Part shown: positions 46,084-55,439 of the stretch, piece by piece
How positions within the stretch are numbered: position 1 is the stretch's first letter
Layout of the letters: every line of letters begins with the position of its first letter
Source: a virus
IMG/VR virus record: IMGVR_UViG_3300028920_000034
Coordinates: 64,001-128,000 of that record
Length of the DNA stretch: 64,000 nt
Strand: one strand, 5' to 3'
Translations under genes and position numbers: made by a program
Notes under the pieces: model-generated
The model's database searches: none
Told to the model about the DNA's origin: nothing
What the model saw: only the letters and a program-made list of their open reading frames with translations

Positions 46084-47448
46084 CTACTTCGTGAGTCCGC
46101 TGATGGTGAGCCATTTCGCCTCGCCGTCCTTGCCGGCGTAGAAGCCCACCAGAGTCACTCGGCCGCTCCCGGTGGACTTGTACTCCTCGTTCACGGCGAG
46201 GCGCCACCCGAGGTACTTCGATCCGGATGGTGCGTACTTCTGCACCATGGCCTTGGCATGGCGTCCAATCTGCACCGGGTCGATAAGCGGAAGCCCTTGC
46301 ATGTTGCTCGGAATCTTCGCCTCACCCAGGAACTCGCCTTCCAGCTCAGTGGCCTCGTACTGCATGGCCCGCTTCACCTGGAGAGGCTTCACCCACGCCG
46401 GGTGGCCGTCCAGGTCCCCGTAGGGGTTGAAACAGACCAGGTAGTGGCCTCTGTCCATGCTCCCCCGGATCAGCTTGAGGAGCGCCGCGGAGCCACCGGG
46501 GGCGATCAGCCGAACCAGGTCGCGCGGAAGGGGCCCCTGGGCGTCACCCTTGGTGGGGTACACGCGCACCACCTTGAACTGTTGGCCGTCCGCCTCGAAG
46601 GGCTGCCCGGGGCGCGGAAGGGGCGCCCGCTCCTCGAGGTACTCTCCTCCCAGCTCAAAGTCCTCCCTCACATTGGACTTGGGCTTCTTTCCGTCCTTGA
46701 GGGCCTGAACGATCTGGCGCGCAATCACCCTGGCACTGTTCCAGTGCGGATCCTTCACACCGTACAGCTTGGCCAGGTACTGCATTTCAGGCACCGTCAG
46801 GTTGGCCGCCTCCATCTTGCGCTGGAGGATGACAGCGAACGCATCGAAGCCGTACTGGTCACCCGGATACTCGCCGTCCAGGTGCCCCTTGCCCATCCGC
46901 TTGTGATAGGCGTAGAACTCCTTGGCCATCTTGTGCAGGTCCGCACCCGTGGCCTCCTCGAGACTGTCCTCGCTGCGAAGCTCACCGAGAAGTCTCTTGA
47001 GCTTCCCAGCCATCGCATCGCCCTCCAGTTGGCTGGGCGCGATCTCGCTCAGGAACACGTACCCGGTAAACGTGGCCATCGGCTTGAACGCTCCACGGAA
47101 CGGATCCAACACCACGTAGGCGTAGACACCCTTGCCAGGGCCGATGAACTCTTCGCGCTCCACGCCGTTGATGTTCCCGCTTCCCTCGTGTCGCCACCCA
47201 CCGCCGCGCTGCATGGCCGTGGAAAGCAAGGAGCGGAACTCATCGTACTGAGCTGGACCACCGGGAATCGGATAGCCCATGCCGTCCTTTTCCCGGTTGG
47301 TGTACTCGAAGGTGAGCCACTTGGTACCCTCTGGCGGATTCGGAATGCGGAACTGGCGCACTCCGCCGGACCGCCCTTTCACCTTGAAGCCATGCTTCTT
47401 GAGCGAAGATCCGATGGCGGAGATCAGCTTTGGGTAATGCTTGCTCAT
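46084..47448 (-). CDS. Four-module cargo-type polyprotein
   Basis: KLKRLLGELRSEDSLEE|A, EYLEE|R and EFLGE|A linkers. Confidence 0.78.
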   Translation of the reverse strand: MSKHYPKLISAIGSSLKKHGFKVKGRSGGVRQFRIPNPPEGTKWLTFEYTNREKDGMGYPIPGGPAQYDEFRSLLSTAMQRGGGWRHEGSGNINGVEREEFIGPGKGVYAYVVLDPFRGAFKPMATFTGYVFLSEIAPSQLEGDAMAGKLKRLLGELRSEDSLEEATGADLHKMAKEFYAYHKRMGKGHLDGEYPGDQYGFDAFAVILQRKMEAANLTVPEMQYLAKLYGVKDPHWNSARVIARQIVQALKDGKKPKSNVREDFELGGEYLEERAPLPRPGQPFEADGQQFKVVRVYPTKGDAQGPLPRDLVRLIAPGGSAALLKLIRGSMDRGHYLVCFNPYGDLDGHPAWVKPLQVKRAMQYEATELEGEFLGEAKIPSNMQGLPLIDPVQIGRHAKAMVQKYAPSGSKYLGWRLAVNEEYKSTGSGRVTLVGFYAGKDGEAKWLTISGLTK

Positions 47449-47457
47449 GGTGTTCTC

Positions 47458-48024
47458 CTACCGGTACTTGCCACCGCGGATTTGAAAGCTGTCCTTGGGC
47501 GCACGGCCGGTCTTCTTGTCGCCGTACATCTGAAGGGCGCCCGGGGTGTAGCCTTCGATCATCTCGCTGTCCGCAATGGTGACAAACGTGCCGATCTGCC
47601 CGGCAATATCCCCAGGGGTGCTGTCATCGGACATGGCTTGCTCGCCCGTCTTGTAGATGCTCCCGCCCTTCATGGTCTTCCCGGTGGCCCGATACTTGAG
47701 CACCGGCTCACGGTCCCACCACTGGAGCTCCACGGCCATGGTGTAGCTGCCACCGTATCGCCCGCTCGCGCGCACGCGGAGGATCTTCCCCTTCACCCCC
47801 CACTTGTACTTCGCCAGGGAGAGCTTCGCCGCGTTGGACAGCGGGCCTTTAAGCCGGCGCGCCGCTTCCTCGAGCACACCCACCATCATGGCGTCCCGGC
47901 GAGCTGCCAGAGAGCCAGCCGTGGCCTCGTCCAGGACGGCTTCGGTCTCGTCCACTAGATCCATCTCCACGTCGTGCCCCTCGCGGAGCATCCCCAGAAG
48001 ATTGAGTAGCTTGCTGGTGTCCAT
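47458..48024 (-). CDS. Cargo-type hypothetical protein
   Basis: MDTSKLLNLLGMLRE...VLDE|A...VLEE|A. Confidence 0.75.
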   Translation of the reverse strand: MDTSKLLNLLGMLREGHDVEMDLVDETEAVLDEATAGSLAARRDAMMVGVLEEAARRLKGPLSNAAKLSLAKYKWGVKGKILRVRASGRYGGSYTMAVELQWWDREPVLKYRATGKTMKGGSIYKTGEQAMSDDSTPGDIAGQIGTFVTIADSEMIEGYTPGALQMYGDKKTGRAPKDSFQIRGGKYR

Positions 48025-48032
48025 GGTACGCC

Positions 48033-48482
48033 TCACTTCCAGTCCGGGAGCTCCACCGCCACCGCCTTGAAAAGCTCCTCCGCGGCACCACCGAGATACC
48101 CGTGGCACTCGTTCATGTCCTTGTTGACCTTGAGCATGAGCTCCACCATGTCAGGAATGCTGCGACCGTCACCCCGACCAGCTTGTTTCATTGCCGGCTC
48201 GAGTTGCTTCATCAGCTTCTCGGCCTTGGCCAGGTCCGCACGATGGGACTTCACCATATCGTGGAACGCTTCGATGTTGGCCATGAGCTGTTTGTACTGT
48301 GGGGGCTTGAACGCAGGCTTCCACCTGGACTCATCCAGCTCCTCGTCCTCCCCGAACATCTCGGGCTCGTACTCCTGGAGCCAGGCATCGAAGCCCTCCG
48401 CGGGCTCATTGGTCTCCTCGGGCTCGAGGCCGAGCTGGGAGCGGATGGATTCGATCAGGTCTCTTCCGGTCTCGGTGGGCAT
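48033..48482 (-). CDS. Cargo-type helical protein
   Basis: DLIESIRSQLGLEPEE...ELDE|S; AGGAGG RBS. Confidence 0.75.
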   Translation of the reverse strand: MPTETGRDLIESIRSQLGLEPEETNEPAEGFDAWLQEYEPEMFGEDEELDESRWKPAFKPPQYKQLMANIEAFHDMVKSHRADLAKAEKLMKQLEPAMKQAGRGDGRSIPDMVELMLKVNKDMNECHGYLGGAAEELFKAVAVELPDWK

Positions 48483-48572
48483 TGTCGCCTCCTGGTGTGT
48501 TCTGCCTAGTGTCCTGCATATCCTACATGGCGGACACCTGACAAGTCACGCGGATTTTTGGCCCCCCGATTT

Positions 48573-48646
48573 TTGGCACGCCTGTTGCTTCTTCTTAATT
48601 AACCTTATCTCTCCCTTTGGAGAGTAAGAGTCAAGAGGGTCTCCGG
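48573..48646 (+). repeat. 74-bp element, copy 5
   Basis: Differs from the reverse complement of copy 3 at only 3 positions. Confidence 0.9.
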
Positions 48647-48650
48647 TGGG

Positions 48651-48779
48651 CTAGTGGCGTCTTGGGCCGCCCAGAATGCGCCCGATGGTGCGCCACGCCG
48701 CGAGCCATGCGAGCCATGCGAGGGTGCCAGCCACGGCTACGGCGCCGGTGCCCACCAGGAGCCATCCCCACCAGGGCAT
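48651..48779 (-). CDS. Small Trp-rich TM peptide (42 aa)
   Basis: Hand translation MPWWGWLLVGTGAVAVAGTLAWLAWLAAWRTIGRILGGPRRH; TGATG overlap. Confidence 0.55.
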   Translation of the reverse strand: MPWWGWLLVGTGAVAVAGTLAWLAWLAAWRTIGRILGGPRRH

Positions 48780-49072
48780 CAGGACCCAAGGCGCGTGGTG
48801 ATCTGCTCACCGGCGGAGATTGGCAGGACGCTCAGGTATCCCTCGAGCCAGTCCGGGTCGCATCCCTCCGCGGGAAGCGCCAGCACATCGTCGGGGTTGC
48901 CGTCCGGGCGCACCGCCTGGCGCATTGCCTCCTTGGCCGCCTGGCGCCCGATCATCCATTGCTCGCGCTGGGCCAGCGTCTTGTCCGCCATGCTGGTGAC
49001 GCCCGGGGTGGCCTCGTCCGGCTCACCGAGTAGGGTTCTCGCTGCGACAATCGGATCGGTCTCTTCTGGCAT
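48779..49072 (-). CDS. Small protein paralogous to a module of 52610-54253
   Basis: DWLEGYLSVLPI versus DWREGYLSALPL; AGGAGG RBS. Confidence 0.7.
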   Translation of the reverse strand: MPEETDPIVAARTLLGEPDEATPGVTSMADKTLAQREQWMIGRQAAKEAMRQAVRPDGNPDDVLALPAEGCDPDWLEGYLSVLPISAGEQITTRLGS

Positions 49073-49095
49073 TGGTTCCTCCTGTGCCCCCGATT

Positions 49096-49689
49096 CTACT
49101 CGGGGCGCGCGCACGCGGCAACGGCCGGGGTGGCCCAGGGGTTGTTGTGCTTCGGATAGAGCACCACCCTGGCGAGCTCGGCCTTGAACAGCTTGAGGTT
49201 CGGAGCCGTCACCACGATGCGTCCCCACTGGACCGTCGCCCGGAAGTTGCACACGCACGGGCACGCGGGAGTAGGCGTGCGAAGCCCACAGCACTCGTCC
49301 TTGATCTGGAGTCCCTTGGCTCGGCAGAGCTCGCACCTGGCGAGTGAGGGGACGAGCTGCTCCCCGGAGCACTTGGACACGTACCAGTCCGGGGGCACCA
49401 TGACGGCGAAGCTCCGGCGACGAATCTCCTTGATCTCCCCGGCCGCCACCAGGCACGCCTCGAGGTGGTCCACCAGGGTGTCCACCCGGGCCCGGAACGC
49501 ATCGGTGTCCTGGTCCGCGGGGGTCCAGATGGGTGTGCCCTTGGGCGTGGCGCGCCACTTGTCGCACTGGGGCATCTTGTAGCTGGTGGGGCTGGACAGG
49601 AAGGCGCTGTAGGGCTTGACCAGCTTGGGGCAGCCGCACGCCGCCAGGGCCACCGCGGCCCCGGCCAGGAGCATGGTGAGGCGCCTCAT
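49096..49689 (-). CDS. Cys-rich lipoprotein
   Basis: MRRLTMLLAGAAVALAA|C lipobox; more than 10 Cys. Confidence 0.72.
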   Translation of the reverse strand: MRRLTMLLAGAAVALAACGCPKLVKPYSAFLSSPTSYKMPQCDKWRATPKGTPIWTPADQDTDAFRARVDTLVDHLEACLVAAGEIKEIRRRSFAVMVPPDWYVSKCSGEQLVPSLARCELCRAKGLQIKDECCGLRTPTPACPCVCNFRATVQWGRIVVTAPNLKLFKAELARVVLYPKHNNPWATPAVAACARPE

Positions 49690-50159
49690 CGGAACACGGT
49701 GTTGCAGTCGGGCACCAGCTCGGTGGGCCTTGAGGCCGAGACGTTGTGCTGGATCTTGACTTCCTTGGAGCTCCCCGGCTGGACGGTCACCCCCTTTCGG
49801 GAGTTGGTGGAAGCCGTGTAGTCCGAGCTCACGGTGGTGTCCCCGTCCGTGTGGCTGCCGCCATCGAACTTCAGGTGGCACGTCACGTCCCCGGTGACGG
49901 CCTTGGCCGTGGGGTTGTGGAGCCAGACGGTCACGGTCACGAAGTAGGTGCAGCCGGTGTTGTCGCACTGGCCGGGCAAGATCCACAGTTTCTTGACCAC
50001 GGTTTGGTGGGGTCCTGCCTGGGCTGGGTCCCCGCGGTAAGGCTTGTCCTTGGATTCCTGGGTTCCTCCGAACACGTCACACCGCTTGCAGCCGCCGCCG
50101 GTGAGGAGCCAAGCGATGGCCAGGAGCACCACCAGGATAAGGGTCAGGGTCCGGTTCAT
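49686..50159 (-). CDS. Secreted/lipoprotein with beta-sandwich-like domain
   Basis: Signal MNRTLTLILVVLLAIAWLLTGGGC; beta-rich; paired Cys. Confidence 0.72.
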   Translation of the reverse strand: MNRTLTLILVVLLAIAWLLTGGGCKRCDVFGGTQESKDKPYRGDPAQAGPHQTVVKKLWILPGQCDNTGCTYFVTVTVWLHNPTAKAVTGDVTCHLKFDGGSHTDGDTTVSSDYTASTNSRKGVTVQPGSSKEVKIQHNVSASRPTELVPDCNTVFR

Positions 50160-50340
50160 GATTCACCTCCGGTGCAGAGCATCGTAGCCCACCAGGTGAG
50201 CTGCCCGGAATAATTTTCGGCCGATTTTCACCGCTACCGGCCACGCCGTGGGGGTTTTGCCTGTGCTTTTCAGTAGGTTGCGCCTGATTTTCGGCGCGTG
50301 ATGAAACCCTCAATCGGGTCGCCAAAACCGGAAGTGAGGG

Positions 50341-51375
50341 TCATGCGCGCTTGGCCAAGAGGGCCTCGAGGGCCCGCTTCTTGGCCTTGAGCTTGCGCTC
50401 GAGCTCCTCCGCCTCGCGCCCGGCCGCGCGGTCCCGGTAGCTCATGCCACGCTCTGCCAGCCGCCGCTCACGCCAGTCGTGCGTCACTCCGAACCCGGAG
50501 TCCTTGCGGGCCTCCGCTTCCGTCTTGCGCCTCGAGTACACGAAGGCGTCCCCGCAGCTCACCTTGAAGTTGGTGCCGTACTTCCCACCCGAGGGCCCCA
50601 CCTCTACCGGCGGGGGCTGCATCTTCTGGATCTGCTTCCAGATGGTGCTGTACTTCTTGGCCCGGTCCTTGAGGGCCGCGAGCTTGCGCTCCCACTTGGC
50701 GATGGTCTTCGCCGCGCTGGCGCCGGCCTTGGCTGTTGGCAGCAATGAGCTGCCCTTCATGCAGTTCGTCCCCACCACAGCCGTCCGCTTGTCTGCGAGC
50801 TGGACGGTGGCATGGACTTCGTGGGGGCGCCCGCACCTGGCGCACCAGCTCTCGGTGCCCGAGCCCTTGATCGGCACCCAGCGGTCATCGATCTCCTCAT
50901 AGTCCCGGGTGTCCACCACGTCCAAGATCTTGACGATGGTGTCCGGGTCCAGGCCGCCCTTCCAGCGCGTGCGCCGCTGGCGCGGGGGCTTGCGCTTGCT
51001 CGTCTTGGCAGCGAAGTCCAGTACGATCTGGCTCGCTTCGCCCAGGAGCTCCTTGGCGCCCGGGGCGAGCTCAATGGCGATGCTTTGAACGTGTGCCATG
51101 TACCCTGGTTCCCGTGGCACGCGATAGCCGTCCGCGGTCCTGAGAACGGCCAGGCCCTTGTCCACCAGAGACTTGCAGGCGTTGTAGTCCCGGCCGCCCC
51201 CACGTGTTCCGTGTGCAGACCGTGGCCCATGATAGGACCATGCCTCCGCCGTGTAGTAGCCTCTGGATGGATCCAGGAGCTGCTTCAAGATCTTCTGTTC
51301 CGTCTTGTTGAGCCTGGAGCGCCGTGGTCGCGCTTCCGCCAGAAGTTGCGCGAGCTCCTCGAGTAGTTGCTTCAT
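50341..51375 (-). CDS. Two-module cargo-type protein (wHTH-like, then Cys/His module)
   Basis: MKQLLEELAQLLAE|A; ELLGE|A; CARCGRPH...VGTNC. Confidence 0.75.
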   Translation of the reverse strand: MKQLLEELAQLLAEARPRRSRLNKTEQKILKQLLDPSRGYYTAEAWSYHGPRSAHGTRGGGRDYNACKSLVDKGLAVLRTADGYRVPREPGYMAHVQSIAIELAPGAKELLGEASQIVLDFAAKTSKRKPPRQRRTRWKGGLDPDTIVKILDVVDTRDYEEIDDRWVPIKGSGTESWCARCGRPHEVHATVQLADKRTAVVGTNCMKGSSLLPTAKAGASAAKTIAKWERKLAALKDRAKKYSTIWKQIQKMQPPPVEVGPSGGKYGTNFKVSCGDAFVYSRRKTEAEARKDSGFGVTHDWRERRLAERGMSYRDRAAGREAEELERKLKAKKRALEALLAKRA

Positions 51376-51378
51376 GGC

Positions 51379-52608
51379 TCAGTCCCTGTTGAGCACCTTG
51401 GACACCAGGCGCTCGTATTCCACGCCTTGCCCGACATGATGCTGATCGTCGTCCTCGAATTCAGCGAACGGATCGTGCCCCGCTTGCTCGAGATAGTAGC
51501 TCACGTACTCGCGCTTGGCCGCGCCAGCGGGGACCGTCTTGAGCCAGTTGACGAACAGCTCTCCGCCGTAGGCCATCTTCGTGGCACGCTTGGACGCCTT
51601 GGCGCCCTTGGTGGCGAGCTGCTTCACGGCCGTGAGGTAGGCCACGGTCCACATCTGCCCGGCCTTGCGTTGCTTGCTCTCGTCCCACCCGAGGCTGTCC
51701 AGGATGTTGGCCAGCGAATTGGTCTCACCCATGTCGCAGTTGATCGACGGGCGCCGCTTCCACTGCTCCCAGCCTTCCAGGATGCCACCTCCGAACGCCT
51801 CGGATGCCTCCTTGGACCGCTGATCGATCTGCGCCCTGGCCACCACAGCCATCGCCTCGCGGATTTCTCCCACGATGCGCTCGAGCACCTGGAGCCCCTC
51901 CTTGTAGAGCTCCTTGTACTTGCCTTGCCCGCGCATCTCGTGAGGCATCTTCTGGGCGAGTACCCGGTCCTGGGCCGGGGAGAGCTCGCGGCCGGTCTGG
52001 AGCTGGGCCACCAGGGACTGAAGGAAGTCGTCGTCCTGGTAGGTGGGGATGGCTTGGATCTTGGAGATCATCGGAGCGTTCTTCTGGGCCCTGGCCTCCT
52101 GGGCCTTCCGCTCACCGTGGGCATCGTACAGGGTAGGCGCATCACCGTCGCGCTCGAAGGTGGTCTGCTCCACCCCGATCACTTCGCCGCCGTGATGCGA
52201 GTCCGCCTCCTTGCCCCGGCCAGCGCGCACCTTGAGCTTGGCCCGAGCCACCACTCCTCCGCCGTCCACCACGAAAGCGAAACCGTAGTAGCGGACCTTG
52301 CTGGCCGTCCGTGTGCCGAAACCTTGAATCCGGTCGGTCACCATGACGGCCATGTCGTTCGGGCCCTTGAGGTACGGCCGGGCCCACTGCTTCACCAGTG
52401 GGTTCGCCTTGAACCACCTGTCCTGGAGCTTGCGGTAGAGGAACTTCGCCTGGGCCGGAGACTTGAACTTGCCCCCGTTGTACTTGGCCAGGGAGTTGAG
52501 GGACTTCATCATGTCCTGTGGGTCGGGCCCACCGAGCCCCTCCACCAGCTCTGCGAGCTCCTCGAGGAGCATTAACGGGTATCGCTGTTTGTAGGTGGCC
52601 TTGTTCAT
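51379..52608 (-). CDS. Cargo-type hypothetical protein
   Basis: MLLEELAELVE|G tag; DDFLQSLVAQLQTGRELSPAQ module. Confidence 0.72.
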   Translation of the reverse strand: MNKATYKQRYPLMLLEELAELVEGLGGPDPQDMMKSLNSLAKYNGGKFKSPAQAKFLYRKLQDRWFKANPLVKQWARPYLKGPNDMAVMVTDRIQGFGTRTASKVRYYGFAFVVDGGGVVARAKLKVRAGRGKEADSHHGGEVIGVEQTTFERDGDAPTLYDAHGERKAQEARAQKNAPMISKIQAIPTYQDDDFLQSLVAQLQTGRELSPAQDRVLAQKMPHEMRGQGKYKELYKEGLQVLERIVGEIREAMAVVARAQIDQRSKEASEAFGGGILEGWEQWKRRPSINCDMGETNSLANILDSLGWDESKQRKAGQMWTVAYLTAVKQLATKGAKASKRATKMAYGGELFVNWLKTVPAGAAKREYVSYYLEQAGHDPFAEFEDDDQHHVGQGVEYERLVSKVLNRD

Positions 52609-52609
52609 G

Positions 52610-54253
52610 CTACTCGCTGTCCTCGAGGGCCATCGCTGCCGCGGATGGCCGGCTTTGGAGCTTACGCACCAGGTCCTTGAGGAGCCCTTTCGCGCGCCAT
52701 GCGCCCGCGCGGGCCTTGCCCACCAGCTCGGCTGCGTCCCGGGCATCGATCATTGCCGCCCGCGGGGGCGGGGGGTCCATGCGTCCGAGTAGGTCCGCGA
52801 GGGAGTCCGCGCCACGCAGGTCCACCTGGGCGTCCATGGCTGCCCGGGCGATGTACTCGAGGGGGTTGGCCTTGATCTGGTGAGCCGCGCCGCTCGGGAG
52901 GTGCAGCTTGACGGCCTCGAGGAGCCCCCCGAGGGTGTCCGTGGACTCCTGGGCGCGGAGCTTCTTGAGGTGGGCCTCCATGGATCGGATGGTCTGCTCG
53001 AGCTTGCCCTTGAGCTTGCGCTCATCACGGGAGAGCTCCCCGGCCATCCTGGCGATGGTCCGGTATTCGGCCTTGATCGAAGCGAGCTCCGCCTCGAGCC
53101 GGTCAGCGACCGTGGCCTTGGCCTCCCCGAACATGCCGGTCTGAATCGGGTCCGGACGCCGCTTCTCGGAGCCGCCGGCCCCGGGGCTGATGGTGACCGT
53201 CATGGAATCGTAGATTGCCTGGTGGGCGATCTCCACCTGGGCATTGCCCTTGCGGTAGATCCACCTGTTGCGATGTTCCCAGCCGCCCGGCTTGAACCCC
53301 GCCTCGGTGAACCCCTTGCGCTGGAGCCATTCGATGATGGCCTTCCGGCACTCATGGGGGCGCCCCACGTCGTCCTTGGACAGCACCATGCCTTGGCCGC
53401 CCTTGCCCGGCTCCACCTTGAACCGGCCGTACCGCTTGATCGCCTTGGCCAGCGCCATGGCGAACGCCACGTCCGGATCCACCAGGGGCCGGCTTTCCCC
53501 GAATAGTGCTCCCTGGCCGGTGAACTCGCGCCGGGCCGGCTTGTGCGCGCTGGGGCCTTCGGGCCCGCGTAGCTGGATGTTCCGAGAGTAGATGATCCGA
53601 ATCCCCTTGAACGGGGTGGACGATTCGATGCTCACCTCGTCCCGGTCCCGCTTGTAGATCTGCCGGTAGGGCTTGCCCCACTCGAAATCGTCCGGCTTGC
53701 CGGTCGTCTTGGCGAGCTTGAAGCCCTGACCCAGGAGGAACCGCTTGAGCTTGCGGCGCACCTCCTCGCCCTTGTTGCCCACGTCGTCGCACTTGAGGGC
53801 GTAGCTCATCGGGCCAGCAGTGTCCTGGTACTTCCAGGAGCCGGTGCCTTTGAGCTTCTCCTTGAGCTTCTCCCCGAAGTCGGCGCCCTTGGACTCCTCG
53901 AGCTCGATGCCCTCCCCGAGGCGCCGCCGGGCCTGGACAGCCACCTCGAGGGGTAGCGCGGACAGGTAGCCCTCCCGCCAGTCCTTGTTGTCGGACTTCT
54001 GGGGCACCTGGACGGCGAGCTTGGCTCCGCCTCGCCGCATGTCCACCCGGGCCGTGGCCGCGCCGGCCTTGAACGCCTTGCTCAAGGTGTTCACGCCCGT
54101 CTTGGACTTGAGCTGGGCGAGCTTGGTTTGCAGGGCCGCCACGTTGCTCGCGTCCCGATGTAGGTCTCCGAACCGGCGCTTCTTGCGCCCTTCATCGAGC
54201 TCCATGCCGGCCGCTTCGCGGATACCCTGTAGCAGATTGTCCAGATGGTTCAT
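52610..54253 (-). CDS. Five-module cargo-type polyprotein
   Basis: MNHLDNLLQGIREAAGMELDE|G, ELEE|S, LFGE|S, MFGE|A, TLGGLLE|A; two tandem related modules. Confidence 0.8.
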   Translation of the reverse strand: MNHLDNLLQGIREAAGMELDEGRKKRRFGDLHRDASNVAALQTKLAQLKSKTGVNTLSKAFKAGAATARVDMRRGGAKLAVQVPQKSDNKDWREGYLSALPLEVAVQARRRLGEGIELEESKGADFGEKLKEKLKGTGSWKYQDTAGPMSYALKCDDVGNKGEEVRRKLKRFLLGQGFKLAKTTGKPDDFEWGKPYRQIYKRDRDEVSIESSTPFKGIRIIYSRNIQLRGPEGPSAHKPARREFTGQGALFGESRPLVDPDVAFAMALAKAIKRYGRFKVEPGKGGQGMVLSKDDVGRPHECRKAIIEWLQRKGFTEAGFKPGGWEHRNRWIYRKGNAQVEIAHQAIYDSMTVTISPGAGGSEKRRPDPIQTGMFGEAKATVADRLEAELASIKAEYRTIARMAGELSRDERKLKGKLEQTIRSMEAHLKKLRAQESTDTLGGLLEAVKLHLPSGAAHQIKANPLEYIARAAMDAQVDLRGADSLADLLGRMDPPPPRAAMIDARDAAELVGKARAGAWRAKGLLKDLVRKLQSRPSAAAMALEDSE

Positions 54254-54561
54254 GGTGTGCGTTCTTCCTTGGCTGCCGCCGCCTGGACTTCCTTGGCCTT
54301 GGCTTCGATCCCCTTGGCGAGGGCGATCACCGCCTTCAGGTCTCGGCCTTTGACGGCCTTGACGAGCTTCAGGAGCTTGCCGTGGATCTCGCCAGTGCAG
54401 TTGGCGATCTCTGGCCACTGGTCCTTGCGTGGCTTGGGGTCGAGCCGTCCCGCCGGGGCGCTTCCACGGTGGCGTCCGGCGAGAATATCGTCAGCGCCCC
54501 ACCGGGTCTCGTCCACTGGCTCGAGCCCGGCCGCTTGGCGAATCTCCTCGGTGATGCTCAT
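54250..54561 (-). CDS. Small cargo-type protein
   Basis: MSITEEIRQAAGLEPVDE|T. Confidence 0.78.
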   Translation of the reverse strand: MSITEEIRQAAGLEPVDETRWGADDILAGRHRGSAPAGRLDPKPRKDQWPEIANCTGEIHGKLLKLVKAVKGRDLKAVIALAKGIEAKAKEVQAAAAKEERTP

Positions 54562-54568
54562 GGTGCTC

Positions 54569-55429
54569 CTACTTCGCGGCGAGGATCTTCGCGCCAGCGA
54601 GATTCACCACATCGAACTCGGAGCCATAGCCGGTGTCCCGCCCGCGGTAGACCTTCACGTGCAGTGGCTTGGGCGAATAGATGTTCAAGCGGTCCTCGAA
54701 GTCCTGTCCATCGGTGGCCATGCGGATGGCAGCCTTGAGGCGCTTGAGCCCCTTGATCGTGCCGCCAGAGCCCTGGACCATGCCGGTGTACTTCTTGCCG
54801 TTGGCAGTCTGAATCGTGAACGTGAGACCGTCCTTGTTGTGACTGGCCATCGCCTCGGTGAGCCCGGCCGCTTGGCGCACATCTTCCACCAGGTCCGCGG
54901 AGAACTCGGTGTCCTCATGCCGAGCTCGCTCCACCTTCCTGACGCCCTCATAGGCTGCCTTGGTGGCCGCCACCGAGGCTTCGATGGCCTCTTTCAGCTT
55001 GTAGGGGATGCCCTCTTTTCGGCTGTCGATGCCCTCCATGCCAGCCACCACCTGGTTGGCATAGTGGGCTGCCAGCTTCGCGTTTGCCCCAACGGTGCCC
55101 CGCTTCGGATTGTAGGGGGAGCGAACCTCGTCCAGCTCGGTGTCCTCCGTGTGGCCCTTGAGGGCCCACTGGAGAGCTGTCACCAGGTTGTCCACGTTGG
55201 CACCCTTGGCTTGCTCCCGCTTGGCGAACACCCAAACGCTGTTGAGCTTCTTGGCTGGCACGTTGTTCTTGAGCCAGTTGGCGAGCTTTTTGATGTGGGT
55301 GTTGCTCCACCTGGCAGGGTTGGTTTTGATCCCCGCGTTGCTGGCGAAGCTGGAAACGATTTTGGTAAGGGCTGGGTCCACCGCTTCGCCCAGCCCGGCT
55401 TCGGCGCGGATGCTTTCGATGATGTTCAC
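54569..55429 (-). CDS. Three-module cargo-type protein
   Basis: GTG start; NIIESIRAEAGLGE|A, ELDE|V, LVEDVRQAAGLTE|A. Confidence 0.78.
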   Translation of the reverse strand: MNIIESIRAEAGLGEAVDPALTKIVSSFASNAGIKTNPARWSNTHIKKLANWLKNNVPAKKLNSVWVFAKREQAKGANVDNLVTALQWALKGHTEDTELDEVRSPYNPKRGTVGANAKLAAHYANQVVAGMEGIDSRKEGIPYKLKEAIEASVAATKAAYEGVRKVERARHEDTEFSADLVEDVRQAAGLTEAMASHNKDGLTFTIQTANGKKYTGMVQGSGGTIKGLKRLKAAIRMATDGQDFEDRLNIYSPKPLHVKVYRGRDTGYGSEFDVVNLAGAKILAAK

Positions 55430-55439
55430 GATGGAGCTC

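Noticed and set aside
3706-48646. 74-bp repeats as a CRISPR array or MITE/IS
   Set aside because: They are dispersed over 45 kb with no spacers or cas genes. No terminal inverted repeats, target duplications or transposase are visible.
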